Positions 1-10,485 of a stretch of 64,000 nucleotides of DNA are shown piece after piece. How positions within the stretch are numbered: position 1 is the stretch's first letter; each line of letters starts with the position of its first letter. Under the pieces are notes generated by a model, which was given only the letters and a program-made list of their open reading frames with translations, was not told the origin of the DNA and did not search any database. Origin of the DNA: Armatimonadota bacterium (GTDB lineage Bacteria > Armatimonadota > HRBIN16); contig OY781964.1 of the NCBI GenBank assembly GCA_963677485.1, positions 64,001 to 128,000 of the forward strand. Reading direction: 5' to 3'. A program made the translations under genes and the position numbers.

Positions 1-1833
1 AACCAGCGTGTTGCGCCCCTTCAGCAGCTTCTGTTTGATGATGTGCGCGTTCTCCACCGTCCACCAGTCCACATTGTCCCGCCGGCTAACCTCCACACCG
101 TTCAACCACAACCGGTAAGCATCGGTATGCCCCAGTGTGATGCCCACCTCGCGCTCTTCTGGACAGTCAAACTGCTGCGTCATGATCAGTGCACATGGCC
201 CCTGGTAACTCATCACGTCGCCCACCCGGAATAGGTCTTCGTGGATGTTGACCATCATGGCACGCTTGGCCACATCCATCGTGTCGAAGTTCAACTCAGC
301 AGCGATCTTCAGTGGATCGAGTTCCATCGCATCAAGGTCGACGCGTGCGTTGAGGTGGTAGCATCGCACCTGGTCAATGATGTCCTGCTCCCCCTCGCCC
401 TTGATGTGGGCGTAGTAGCTCTCGCCTGGCTTCAACTGGCTCATATCGGCATTGTTCACCCAGAACGGGCCATAGGCTGCCCATATGGCCGCTCCATTCA
501 TTCCAAACTGGTGCTTGAATTCGGCTCCATCTTCTGTCCGGATGGCGAGTTTGATGATGTTGGTCTGCACCATTTTTGGGAGGCTGGCGGGCACGCTGAG
601 GTCAATGCTGACATAGGCGGCTTGATTGGGCACCAGGATGAGTTCCTGCTGCTGCCAGTCGCTGCTCCATCCCTCCGGCACGTTGAGGCTCAACTGGGCT
701 GAACTGCGTGTTGACAGCCTGTTTGTGATCTTGATCTGCACGCGGCGAGTTTCACCCAATCCGATGCTGGGCAGTGTCTCATACTGTGTCTCGCATTCGA
801 CCATGGCAGGTTCTGTCAGCTTGATCTGCGGTGCAGGGGGTGCATTGGTGATTTTGACCTGCTTGTTGGTGTGCTCCGCGAAGTGAAGCCCGACCATACA
901 GGTATCCTCGCTGAGGTGCAGCAGCCGGTCAGACCGCCGTGTGACATTCACCCCAAGAACATAGCCGGGGTCCTGCAGGTTGTATTGCGCCTGCAGAGAG
1001 GCTGCTCCCTGGATGATGCCCAGGATCGATCCCGCGGTCGCACAGGTGCAGTCCGTGTCGTAGCCCGCATTCAAGGCGATCATCGTGGTATCCATGAAGT
1101 CCATATTGCCGAACTTCAAGCTCATCAACGCAAATCCGAAGTTCTGAATGGAGTTGGTACAGTCTGGGTGACCATAGTGCCGGATGATATAGCCGCGAAC
1201 CTGCTGCCAGCAGCTCTCGCTTTCGCACCAGCCGAGTGTGTCGGTCACCACGCGGCGCAGCTTGCAGTCCTGAGGCACCACTGACAGCCCAATCTCGAAT
1301 AGCTTATCGAGATCGTGTTCGAAGAACGCAGCCGCCTCAACCGCCGCCAGGAACCGCTCGCCGTAGACGCTGTTGCCAGCATGGTCCATGATGCCATCTT
1401 TACTGGCCAGTTCGGCGGCCAGCATGGGGTTTCCGGGTGCCACACAGGCCCAGATCTCGCTGCGGATGGGGCAGCCGTTCCCCTCGCGGTAGTAGTAGTT
1501 GTTGAACAGGCCGCTCATGGGCGGCATGATGCCCAGGCGATAGTTGCGCCGGAAGGTGGCATACTCACCAGGAGCGTATGGGCAGAGCTCCGCAAAGGAC
1601 TTGGCCAGGTCAAGGGTGGTGAAATTCACACCTTTTTGCTCCAGCACATCCAGCCACAGCACTTGCAGGTCAAGGTCGTCATTTGGCAGCATACTGGCGA
1701 TCATCGCGGGGTCATAAGCGAAATCGAACAGCTCTTTGGCTCCCTCATATGGGGCTCCGATGGTGCCGCTGATGCATTTGCCCAGCCAGCATCCGTAGAC
1801 TCGGTCCAAGTATTCGGTATATGTAATCTGCAT
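1..1833 (-). CDS. ADP-ribosylglycohydrolase-family protein with C-terminal beta-sandwich extension (partial, runs off window start)
   Basis: Not in the ORF track. Manual translation from ATG 1833 (RBS AGGAG at 1841-1845) gives MQITYTEYLDRVYGCWLGKCISGTIGAPYEG...PNDDLDLQ...GCPIRSEIWA, typical ARH motifs. The same frame reads ...QKLLKGRNTLV at position 1. Confidence 0.8.
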   Translation of the reverse strand, partial: MQITYTEYLDRVYGCWLGKCISGTIGAPYEGAKELFDFAYDPAMIASMLPNDDLDLQVLWLDVLEQKGVNFTTLDLAKSFAELCPYAPGEYATFRRNYRLGIMPPMSGLFNNYYYREGNGCPIRSEIWACVAPGNPMLAAELASKDGIMDHAGNSVYGERFLAAVEAAAFFEHDLDKLFEIGLSVVPQDCKLRRVVTDTLGWCESESCWQQVRGYIIRHYGHPDCTNSIQNFGFALMSLKFGNMDFMDTTMIALNAGYDTDCTCATAGSILGIIQGAASLQAQYNLQDPGYVLGVNVTRRSDRLLHLSEDTCMVGLHFAEHTNKQVKITNAPPAPQIKLTEPAMVECETQYETLPSIGLGETRRVQIKITNRLSTRSSAQLSLNVPEGWSSDWQQQELILVPNQAAYVSIDLSVPASLPKMVQTNIIKLAIRTEDGAEFKHQFGMNGAAIWAAYGPFWVNNADMSQLKPGESYYAHIKGEGEQDIIDQVRCYHLNARVDLDAMELDPLKIAAELNFDTMDVAKRAMMVNIHEDLFRVGDVMSYQGPCALIMTQQFDCPEEREVGITLGHTDAYRLWLNGVEVSRRDNVDWWTVENAHIIKQKLLKGRNTLV

Positions 1834-2018
1834 GAAGATTCTCCTGAGTGTTTTTATTAGATTCGTTGACGACAGGCGAATTTCCTGTTCCATGATGGTT
1901 CATTTTAAGGATCATTGCTGATTCTGGCCGTAACTGGTAGGAATTTCGAGTTACTCCAATGAATAATAGAGGTAGAGTTCAGCACGATAACACACGATCG
2001 AATTAGGAGAATGGACCC

Positions 2019-4112
2019 ATGAAGTCGCTTCAGAAGTTTCTGCAGTCACAACAATCGGGATTGATTCTTGTCATATTCGCCGTCATCACAATACTCAGCC
2101 TGTTTGCAGGCTGGCATATGGATGGCAGCGGGAACAACATCAATAACTTTATGAACCCGAACACCTTAATGCAAACCGCCACCGACACCAGCTTCTTCGC
2201 CATTATGGCGATTGGTGTCACGATGGTCATTTTAACCGGAGGCATCGACCTCTCGGTAGGCTCAATTTACGCGCTATCCGGTGTCGCCATGGCGATGACA
2301 CTCCGAGGCTGCGGGCTCGAGAACGGGCCAGTCGGCCTGCTGACCGGGTTGGCGCTCTGTATCGTCATCGGGCTTGGTGCCGGTATTATCAACGGCCTGA
2401 TGGTGGTCAAACTGAAAGTTCACCCATTCATCATCACCCTGGGCACGATGTGGATATACAGGGGCATCGCCTTTGTCATCAGCAAGGCCGAGAGCATTCT
2501 TGTTCCCAACGCAGTCACCGCAATCATCAAAAGCAACTTTGGTTTGTCAGGGGCCATCTACCCTGTACCACTTTTAATCGTATTAGTATTTGCCATCATA
2601 GGCGAAGTGTTTTTGATGAAGTCTGTTATGGGCCGCAACATTTATGCAGTCGGAGGCAACGAGCAGGCCGCGCGCTACGCGGGTATTCGTGTGGACAAAA
2701 CCCTTGCCACAGTGTATGCCATATCGGGCCTGATGGCTGGTCTGGCCGCGTTCCTCGGCAGCGTGTATTACGGCTCCTCATCATCCAATGACGCCAACGG
2801 ATACGAGCTGTTTGTCATCGCATCTGCAGTCGTTGGTGGTGCCAGCCTGCTGGGTGGTAAAGGTACCGCGGTAGGTGCCGTTCTCGGTGCCTTCTTGATC
2901 GTGTTGATCAGGCAGTCTATCCGCACATTGCACTTTGACCAGAACTACGAAATGATCATCATTGGCCTCGCCATTGTGATCGCCGTGGTCATTGATCAAG
3001 CAAGCCAGGCCTTCCAGAAGCGTCAGTTGGCGATGGCCGTTGACGAAAAGCAGATCGCCAAGTCTAAAAAGCAAGCCATTCTGACAGGTGTGGGTTTGGT
3101 GGTGTTAGTCATCATGATGGTTGGCAACGAGATGGCTCACAAGATGAACTCCGCTGCCAGACCAGAAAGCCTCAAAATCGCCATGATCGCCAAATCAAGC
3201 AGCAACCCGGTATTCCTGAGTGCCCGTGTAGGTGCCGAAGCAGCCGCAGCGGACCTCAGCAAGAAGACCGGTGTGAAAATCACCATAGACTGGCGAACCC
3301 CTAACGTGGAAGACGGTCAGGTCCAGGCAGTGCGTCTGGCACAAGCCGTCAATGAAGGGGCCAATGCAGCCCTGATTAGCTGCTCCGATGCCAGTAAAAT
3401 TACTGGTGCCATCGACGACGCCGTCGCACGTGGCGTGGCCGTGATGACCTTCGACAGTGATGCGCCTAACTCAAAGCGGTTTGCATTCTACGGCACCAAT
3501 GACGCCGATTGCGGTGCCCAAACCATGCGCGAACTTGTTAAGCAGATGAACGGTAAAGGCACCGTAGCGATACTCGGCGGTAACCAGAACGCGCCGAACC
3601 TGCAAGCCCGCGTAAAAGGTGCCCTTGCAGAGGCCAAGAAGTATCCTGGCATCAAGATCGCAGGCGAGTTCTACCACCCCGAGACCCCTCAGGACGCCGC
3701 TGCTGAAGTGGTGCGCGACATGAACGCCTATCCTGACATCACCGGCTGGGCCATGATCGGTGGATGGCCGCTATTCACTAAGACACTGCTCACCGACCTC
3801 GACCCCACGAAGGTCAAAGTGGTTTCAGTCGATGCACTTCCGGCAGAGCTGCCGTACATCATCAAGGACATCGCACCGGTGCTGCTGGCACAACCCACCT
3901 ACCTTTGGGGGTATACCTCGGTCAGCAAGATCGTCGACAAGATGGTCTACAAAAAAGCAGTTCCTGAAATCAACAAAATGGAACTCGTGAAAGTCGATAT
4001 CAGCAATATCGGCACCTGGGCTCGTCAGTTGGAAAAATGGGGATTCACCGACGTACCTCCGGAAATGCTGAAAATGACACCTAATGGCATCATCGACCTA
4101 CCGAAAGAATAA
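2019..4112 (+). CDS. Sugar ABC transporter permease (RbsC-like) fused to periplasmic sugar-binding domain (RbsB-like)
   Basis: N-half has GGIDLSVG, PFIITLGT, GRNIYAVGGNEQAA and GYEL..IASAVVGGASL. C-half has IAMIAK..NPVF and VMTFDSD motifs of Peripla_BP_4 type. RBS AGGAG. Confidence 0.9.
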   Translation: MKSLQKFLQSQQSGLILVIFAVITILSLFAGWHMDGSGNNINNFMNPNTLMQTATDTSFFAIMAIGVTMVILTGGIDLSVGSIYALSGVAMAMTLRGCGLENGPVGLLTGLALCIVIGLGAGIINGLMVVKLKVHPFIITLGTMWIYRGIAFVISKAESILVPNAVTAIIKSNFGLSGAIYPVPLLIVLVFAIIGEVFLMKSVMGRNIYAVGGNEQAARYAGIRVDKTLATVYAISGLMAGLAAFLGSVYYGSSSSNDANGYELFVIASAVVGGASLLGGKGTAVGAVLGAFLIVLIRQSIRTLHFDQNYEMIIIGLAIVIAVVIDQASQAFQKRQLAMAVDEKQIAKSKKQAILTGVGLVVLVIMMVGNEMAHKMNSAARPESLKIAMIAKSSSNPVFLSARVGAEAAAADLSKKTGVKITIDWRTPNVEDGQVQAVRLAQAVNEGANAALISCSDASKITGAIDDAVARGVAVMTFDSDAPNSKRFAFYGTNDADCGAQTMRELVKQMNGKGTVAILGGNQNAPNLQARVKGALAEAKKYPGIKIAGEFYHPETPQDAAAEVVRDMNAYPDITGWAMIGGWPLFTKTLLTDLDPTKVKVVSVDALPAELPYIIKDIAPVLLAQPTYLWGYTSVSKIVDKMVYKKAVPEINKMELVKVDISNIGTWARQLEKWGFTDVPPEMLKMTPNGIIDLPKE

Positions 4113-4123
4113 GGGGGTTCGGA

Positions 4124-5626
4124 ATGAAAAACAACACGAAATCCCCTATTGTGGAGTTCGTCAAGGTCAACAAGCGGTTCCCTGGTGTTCACGCCTTGAA
4201 GGATGTTTGCCTAAGCATTAAAACAGGCAGCATCCATGGCTTGATGGGTGAAAATGGGGCAGGAAAAAGCACGCTGGGAAAGGCACTAGCTGGTATCCAC
4301 GCCATAGATGATGGTCAGATACTCATCGATGGCAAACCGGCCAGTATCGTGGATCCCAACAGCGCGATGGAATATGGCATCGCGATGGTGCATCAGGAGC
4401 TGGCCTTCTGCGAGAACTTGAGTGTGGCCGAGAATCTATGCCTGGGACAGTTGCCGCTCAAAGGCCACTTCGTCGACAGCGACAAGATGCGGGCGACCGC
4501 TCAGACCATGCTGGACAGCATCGGCTTCAAAGTCGATCTGGATCGGCAAATGGGCGCACTCACTGTAGGGCAGCAGCAAATGGTGCAGATCGCCTCGGCG
4601 GTCAGCCGAGGTGCCAGGGTGCTGGTGTTTGATGAGCCGACCAGCTCACTGTCCGAGCCTGATGCCGAACGGCTGTTTGCGCTAATCAAGCAGCTACAGA
4701 CCAAAGGCGTCACCAGCATCTACGTATCGCATCGCATGGCTGAGGTATTCAAGCTGTGCGATGACATCTCCGTTCTGCGCGATGGCGAACACGTCGCTAC
4801 CAAGGCTGCCAGTGAACTCGATGAACACAGTCTGGTCGGTTTGATGATCGGCCGCGAGTTGAACGTCTACGAATCCCAATCGGCTATTCAGCCACTTGGT
4901 GAAGAGGCCCTCCGAGTGGAAGGGCTCTGCCTGCCTGGCAAGTTTCAGGATGTCAGCTTCAGCTTGAAGCGTGGCGAAATACTGGGGTTCGCCGGTCTGG
5001 TGGGCTCGGGCCGCACAGAAATCGCAGAGGTGCTGTTCGGGCTGCATCCTGAGGCCACAGGCAAGTTATGGCTCAATGGGAAGCCCCATTCGCTGCCAGA
5101 GTCCGTTCAGCAGGCACGTGAATTAGGCCTGGGCCTCGCCCCTGAGGACCGTAAGCGTCACGGTCTGATACTGGGGATGAGCTGCAGGTCTAATATCACC
5201 CTACCGATCCTTGCCTCCCTGTCCAACAACGGTTGGGTAGATGACGAGAAGGAAAAGAAGGTATCCGGGAGTTACTTCGAAAAGATGCAGGTGAAGGCCC
5301 CCAACATGGAGGTTCTGGCCGGCAGCCTTTCTGGCGGCAACCAGCAGAAGCTGGTGATTGCCCGCTGGCTGGCAGCCAACTGCGGTCTGTTGATCGTGGA
5401 TGAGCCCACCCGTGGGGTGGATGTGGGAGCCAAGGCTGAAATCCACGGCCTGCTTGATCAGTTGGCGTGCTCAGGATCGGGGATTATGCTCATCTCCAGC
5501 GAACTGCCGGAGCTGCTCATGCTCTCTCACCGCGTGGTCGTGATGCGCGAAGGTAAGATGATGGGCATCTTGACACGGGAGCAGGCGACTCAGGACGCCA
5601 TCCTGCGCCTGATGACCGGCGTGTAA
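4124..5626 (+). CDS. Sugar ABC transporter ATP-binding protein (RbsA/MglA-like, two NBDs)
   Basis: GENGAGKST, DEPTSSL, LSGGNQQK and DEPTRGVDVGAK motifs. Confidence 0.95.
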   Translation: MKNNTKSPIVEFVKVNKRFPGVHALKDVCLSIKTGSIHGLMGENGAGKSTLGKALAGIHAIDDGQILIDGKPASIVDPNSAMEYGIAMVHQELAFCENLSVAENLCLGQLPLKGHFVDSDKMRATAQTMLDSIGFKVDLDRQMGALTVGQQQMVQIASAVSRGARVLVFDEPTSSLSEPDAERLFALIKQLQTKGVTSIYVSHRMAEVFKLCDDISVLRDGEHVATKAASELDEHSLVGLMIGRELNVYESQSAIQPLGEEALRVEGLCLPGKFQDVSFSLKRGEILGFAGLVGSGRTEIAEVLFGLHPEATGKLWLNGKPHSLPESVQQARELGLGLAPEDRKRHGLILGMSCRSNITLPILASLSNNGWVDDEKEKKVSGSYFEKMQVKAPNMEVLAGSLSGGNQQKLVIARWLAANCGLLIVDEPTRGVDVGAKAEIHGLLDQLACSGSGIMLISSELPELLMLSHRVVVMREGKMMGILTREQATQDAILRLMTGV

Positions 5627-5653
5627 GCAAGAGGCCCTTTCCGCTACGAATCG

Positions 5654-5691
5654 ATAATGCCGGTATGATTTCGCGATCATACCGGCATTAT
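5654..5691. terminator. Bidirectional hairpin terminator between convergent genes
   Basis: Perfect 16-bp inverted repeat ATAATGCCGGTATGAT/ATCATACCGGCATTAT. Confidence 0.7.
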
Positions 5692-5729
5692 ATGTCGAAA
5701 GACGGGCAGTTCACGCAGGATCAAGCGGA

Positions 5730-6896
5730 CTAGGTGTTCATCAGCCGGTGATACAGATGGCAGGTATTATCAGCGATCACATTCCAGTCATACTCATGCA
5801 AATCTGTGTTTACGAGTCCTTGCTGTAACCTGAGGCGTAGCTTTAAATCTGTCACCACCGTCCTTAAGGCATTAGCCAGAGCAGCGACATCACCCGGTGC
5901 GACCAGCAGTGCGTTCTCATTATGCTTCAATATCTCCTTAAACCCATCAAGCTCACTAGCCACAATCGCTTTACGGTGAACAACCCCTGTCAACAGCGCC
6001 CCGCTGTTATCAATCGCACGATACGGATATACTAAGACGTCAGCCGCGCTGTGCAGTTGTGCCGCCTCATCTTCAGACACATATCGATATGTCTCTCGGG
6101 TTTTTCTAAGCGCATCTTCCCTCAGTTGGCAGTGAACCTGTTCCTGCTCTTTACTTGTGGCATACCCTACGAGATACATCACCGCATCGTCTATATCGCT
6201 AACCGCTTGGGACCATGCCTGCGCCAGTATATCAAACCCTTTATAAGGTCTCATGAGCCCTAGTGCCAACAACATCACCGTATCTGGTGATATGCCGAGT
6301 TGGGCTCGTGCCTGGTTGTATTCCACTGGCTTGGCTGTTTGCAGCAACCCATGCCGAATAATGCAGATACGCTCTGAACGGACCTGCATCTCGTCAATAA
6401 GGCGTTGCCTGGCGGTCTCACCATGTGTAATGATCATCTGCGGGAGTTGATACATAGCCCGATACGCCTGTTTATACCGGTCACCGGAGTTATGGGGAAC
6501 TGTATTATGTGCCGTATAAACACACCGTAAACCATGTAGTTGAAGATACTTCAACACCCGGGGCTCGATCTCGCTTTGCCCTAAAAGTGGGAACCATTGA
6601 AAATGGACCAGGTCATACCTTCGTGGGGCGATATAGGCAAGTTTTACTAAGTTGATGATGTAGTTCCCTGCCCGTCCCATCGTTCGGACCGGTGCCGGAA
6701 CCGCCGCTGTATTCAAGCGGCTCACCCTGACCCATGGTGCCCTCAGCGCATCGCGGTGATCATCGAGATACCGAAGCCGATCAAAAGCGAAATCAATGTC
6801 AAATCCGGGTTGATTCCTTAAGTGTTCGGCAAGAGTGAAGTAATAAAATGATCCATAAATCATCAAATCTGCGAGGCATACACGGATTTTGCTCAT
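5730..6896 (-). CDS. Glycosyltransferase family 4
   Basis: YTAHN, GLMRPYKG and PY...SGAL motifs of the GT-B fold. Confidence 0.9.
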   Translation of the reverse strand: MSKIRVCLADLMIYGSFYYFTLAEHLRNQPGFDIDFAFDRLRYLDDHRDALRAPWVRVSRLNTAAVPAPVRTMGRAGNYIINLVKLAYIAPRRYDLVHFQWFPLLGQSEIEPRVLKYLQLHGLRCVYTAHNTVPHNSGDRYKQAYRAMYQLPQMIITHGETARQRLIDEMQVRSERICIIRHGLLQTAKPVEYNQARAQLGISPDTVMLLALGLMRPYKGFDILAQAWSQAVSDIDDAVMYLVGYATSKEQEQVHCQLREDALRKTRETYRYVSEDEAAQLHSAADVLVYPYRAIDNSGALLTGVVHRKAIVASELDGFKEILKHNENALLVAPGDVAALANALRTVVTDLKLRLRLQQGLVNTDLHEYDWNVIADNTCHLYHRLMNT

Positions 6897-8011
6897 CGAT
6901 GTGCTTGCCTTGATATCTGCTCAAACAGGCTCAGATACTTTGCACAAACGGATTCGATGCGAAATTGGTCAGGGCAAGTGGGCGGTATATCACGCATTTT
7001 TGCGTACAATGCTCCGTTGATGGCAGCGGCAAGTTCAGCTGGATTCGCCGCTACTGGCTGATATTCTTGGCCTAATACTCTATATATCTCTGCAGTCCCA
7101 CCTGGGATATCCGTGCTGATAACACGAGCTCCCACGGAAAGAGCTTCTATCAGCACTGTGGGAAGTGCTTCATACTTTGAGCACATCACCATAAGCCTGC
7201 ACCTGGACATCCATTCACCCGGATACGGATGATAACCCAGAAACTTAACTCTCTGGGCGACGCCTAGCTCAGAAGCAAGCCTACCAAGGGCATCACGCTC
7301 AGGTCCGTCGCCTATGATCAGCAGATCATAGGCATCATCTACTGACTGCATGGCACGTATAAGCAGGTCATAGCGCTTCTCATGAGCAAGCCTGCCACAG
7401 GCAAGTATGAACGGTCTTTGCTGCGATGGTATCTCCTGATTCTCACCTTCTGGCGCCTTCACCGGAAGCACAGGGTTGTAGATCACATGCCCATTCGGTA
7501 GAGATGATGACCAATGAACACGCATATCATCAAGAACGGCCTGCGATACGCACACGATGGCATCGGCTTTTTGGAATACTGGTTTGTAGCATCCAACCCG
7601 CAATTTGCCTGCTATCCCAGCGAAGTTTTCAGCCATGCTGATCATACTGTGACATGTCACGACCACCTTCGGTTTGCGACTGCCACATAGCTGGGCAGCC
7701 CATACAGCGCCCACATTGGCGTATGACTTAGCAGACACAAGAACATCGGGACGGTCACATCGCAGCCGATGAACCAATTTCGGGATAGTCATGAGAAACC
7801 GGGTGGCACCTACCGAATGCTGAGTAATTCCCTCAACTAGACGTCCTTCGAATTCGCCTCCCGGTATGGCATGATAAGCCGATACATCAACACCCCGCTG
7901 ATGCAACCCATTCGCAAGAGCGGCCAACACCTGTTCTACACCACCGAGTTTTAGGGAAGGGAATAAAAACGCGACCTTCAACTCATCCGCCCCCGCGTGC
8001 AAAACTGACAT
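6893..8011 (-). CDS. Glycosyltransferase family 4 (start uncertain)
   Basis: GGVEQV, GRLAHEK, S.YEALPTVLIEA motifs. Confidence 0.9.
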   Translation of the reverse strand: MSVLHAGADELKVAFLFPSLKLGGVEQVLAALANGLHQRGVDVSAYHAIPGGEFEGRLVEGITQHSVGATRFLMTIPKLVHRLRCDRPDVLVSAKSYANVGAVWAAQLCGSRKPKVVVTCHSMISMAENFAGIAGKLRVGCYKPVFQKADAIVCVSQAVLDDMRVHWSSSLPNGHVIYNPVLPVKAPEGENQEIPSQQRPFILACGRLAHEKRYDLLIRAMQSVDDAYDLLIIGDGPERDALGRLASELGVAQRVKFLGYHPYPGEWMSRCRLMVMCSKYEALPTVLIEALSVGARVISTDIPGGTAEIYRVLGQEYQPVAANPAELAAAINGALYAKMRDIPPTCPDQFRIESVCAKYLSLFEQISRQAHR

Positions 8012-8726
8012 ACTGCTGAATAGTGCCCTCTGGTGCTCCATCGGCCACTACACGTCCCTCTCGCATCCACACGCAGCGTGTCGCCACCTCACGCACCTGG
8101 TGCATGTCATGTGACACCAGAATGATCGCGCAGTTCTGCTCTTGGAACTGCCGAATCTTCTTGATGCACTTTTGCTGGAACGACTCGTCACCCACCGCCA
8201 GTGCCTCATCTATCAGCAACACGTCCGGCTGAGTATGCACCGCCACAGAGAAGCCCAGCCGAAGCACCATCCCGCTGCTATAACTATGCACTGGCGCATC
8301 AATGAATCGGTCCAGCTCCGAAAAGGCGATAATATCCGCCAGCCGCTCTTGAACCTCAGCACGTGTGAGCCCCAAAATGATGCCGTTAAAGGTGATGTTC
8401 TCTAACCCGGTCAGGTCAGGATGAAATCCCACTCCCAGTTGCAGCAAGGGGGCCACGCGTCCGGAGCAGATCACAGAGCCGCTGGTGGGTATGAGCACCT
8501 TAGCGATGATCCCCAGCAAGGTGCTCTTCCCACTGCCATTGCTGCCCAGCAAAGCCACGGTCTCGCCTGGTGAGACCGTCAGGTTGACGTCGTCCAGCGC
8601 ACGGAACCGCTCTACCCGCGTGCGATACCTGAGTATGCTCAGCAGGATGCCCTTCAGCGAACCGCTGGCGGCGTGCTGAAGGTTGAACTCCTTGGTGAGG
8701 TGGTCAATAATCAGGGGTGTGCTCAT
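7983..8726 (-). CDS. wzt: Polysaccharide ABC exporter ATP-binding subunit (Wzt/TagH-like, no C-terminal CBM)
   Basis: GSNGSGKST, YSSGM..RLGF, DEALAVGD..FQ.KC; ATGA overlap with wzm stop. Confidence 0.9.
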   Translation of the reverse strand: MSTPLIIDHLTKEFNLQHAASGSLKGILLSILRYRTRVERFRALDDVNLTVSPGETVALLGSNGSGKSTLLGIIAKVLIPTSGSVICSGRVAPLLQLGVGFHPDLTGLENITFNGIILGLTRAEVQERLADIIAFSELDRFIDAPVHSYSSGMVLRLGFSVAVHTQPDVLLIDEALAVGDESFQQKCIKKIRQFQEQNCAIILVSHDMHQVREVATRCVWMREGRVVADGAPEGTIQQYVSFARGGG

Positions 8727-9577
8727 AACTTCTCCGCAAACTCCCATTCCCGCGTCTTAAACAGCCGGTAGCCCCAGACCAATGTGGCAAATGAGACCAC
8801 CACAGCTACACAAATCAGCCATACCGGCAGAGGCACACTGGTGATGTGATGCTGTGTGACCGCACCGGCATTGGCATTGATCGGCGGCAGCAGGCACTTC
8901 CGGTAACAACTCATCAACACCGCCATGGGGTTCAGGTGGTAGAGTATATAAACCAGGTTGGGCGGGCCGAACGGAAACAGCTTCGCGGTTAAGACCTGCT
9001 CTGAGAAGTAGACCACGGGCGTGAGGTAAAACAGCAGATTCAGGGCGATGCTCACCACATACTTGGTGTCTTCGTAAAACACATTCAAACACGAGATACC
9101 CAGGCACAACCCGGTGATGAGCGCCAGATGCACCACAAGCAGCAATGGCAGCCACAGCATCGAGGGCAGCAGCGGCGCATGGACATAAATCAGCAGATAC
9201 AAAAAGAACACAATCATCGCCAGAGCAAAATGTACCAGGTTGGCGATCACAAATGAGAGCGGAAGTATCTCACGAGGGAAATAGACTTTCTTCACCAGGT
9301 TGATCTGGCCGATCACCGACTGCGACGAGTCCATCAGTGCCGTTTGGAAGAACATCCAGGGCAGATACGCGGCCAGCACATACGCAGAGTAGTTGGGGAT
9401 CGCCATGCCCATCACCCGCTTGAACACAATGGTCAGCACCGCGACCGTCACCAGAGGCACGATCAACGACCACAGAAACCCCAGCGCGGAGTTCTTGTAG
9501 CGTATCTTCAATTCCCGTATCACCAGCGTGGCAAGCAGCTCACGGTATTTGTATAGTTCCGCCATCCATTTACGCAT
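8723..9577 (-). CDS. wzm: Polysaccharide ABC exporter permease (Wzm/TagG-like)
   Basis: RELKIRYKNSALGFLWSL, LVKKVYFPRE, FYLTPVVY, LNPM. Confidence 0.9.
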   Translation of the reverse strand: MRKWMAELYKYRELLATLVIRELKIRYKNSALGFLWSLIVPLVTVAVLTIVFKRVMGMAIPNYSAYVLAAYLPWMFFQTALMDSSQSVIGQINLVKKVYFPREILPLSFVIANLVHFALAMIVFFLYLLIYVHAPLLPSMLWLPLLLVVHLALITGLCLGISCLNVFYEDTKYVVSIALNLLFYLTPVVYFSEQVLTAKLFPFGPPNLVYILYHLNPMAVLMSCYRKCLLPPINANAGAVTQHHITSVPLPVWLICVAVVVSFATLVWGYRLFKTREWEFAEKL

Positions 9578-9638
9578 AACAGTATAGTGTAACAACCCTT
9601 TGTTGCAGTCGCCCGCCTGAGTTTGCCACAATAGAAAT

Positions 9639-10448
9639 ATGAGAGAGTTTTCGGCCCTGCATGATATCGACATACTAGATATGGACGAAGAGGAGGAATT
9701 ACTGCCCACACCGCGTCGGCGGTGGTTCGACCCTTCGTTCTTTCCGCGCATCAAGACCCACCAAGACCCAAAAGCTCTGCTGGTCATTAACGAATACCAT
9801 CAATCACTACAACTGGACCACCACCGACTGCTTGCCGCAGATAATACCCAACAAAAGAAGAGCAAACCACCACGCACATCCCTCAAGGCACAGCGAATAG
9901 CCAAACTGGCAGAGGAGCTGCGTCAGAGTGGAGATGCCGATCTGGCGCTTGCGCAGTTTCAACAGGCATGTGAGGCCAGCTCTAAGAACGCCTATTATCG
10001 CTACCGTCTGGCGCAACTGCTGGTCGGTAATGGGCAGTTGACCAGTGCCATTGAGCAGATGATTGCCTGCGTCAAGGCGAAACCGGATGACGGCTATTAC
10101 CACTTCTTCCTGGGCACCTGCCTGGAGCGGGCCGGTTTGTTTACATCATGCAGTCTTGAGATGCATCAAGCTGTGTTGTTCGAGCCGCTGAATGACTACT
10201 TCCATATGCGTTTAGCTGTCTGCCACATGAAGCTCAACAACTACGAAAAAGCCAGCGGCCACCTTCGGCAGGCTCTGCGTATACAGCCTAAATCACAGGC
10301 CTATCACTACTTGCTGGGTGACACTTATTGCCGCATCGGGCTGACGGAAGAGGCCCACGAGCACTACCAGCAGGCCAGCAAGCTCTGCGGGTTTGATGCC
10401 GACCTGGTACGCTGGGCACGTGAGTATATCGACAGCGAGACCGAATAG
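9639..10448 (+). CDS. Tetratricopeptide repeat protein
   Basis: Several 34-aa TPR-like units (AYYRYRLA..., GYYHFFLG..., AYHYLLG...). Confidence 0.8.
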   Translation: MREFSALHDIDILDMDEEEELLPTPRRRWFDPSFFPRIKTHQDPKALLVINEYHQSLQLDHHRLLAADNTQQKKSKPPRTSLKAQRIAKLAEELRQSGDADLALAQFQQACEASSKNAYYRYRLAQLLVGNGQLTSAIEQMIACVKAKPDDGYYHFFLGTCLERAGLFTSCSLEMHQAVLFEPLNDYFHMRLAVCHMKLNNYEKASGHLRQALRIQPKSQAYHYLLGDTYCRIGLTEEAHEHYQQASKLCGFDADLVRWAREYIDSETE

Positions 10449-10485
10449 CAACAATCCCACGCTGGCAACCACTTGAGCCAGATGA

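Noticed and set aside
241-1860. + strand ORFs in the track
   Set aside because: They are antisense to the ARH-family gene, which the track omits because it runs off the window edge.
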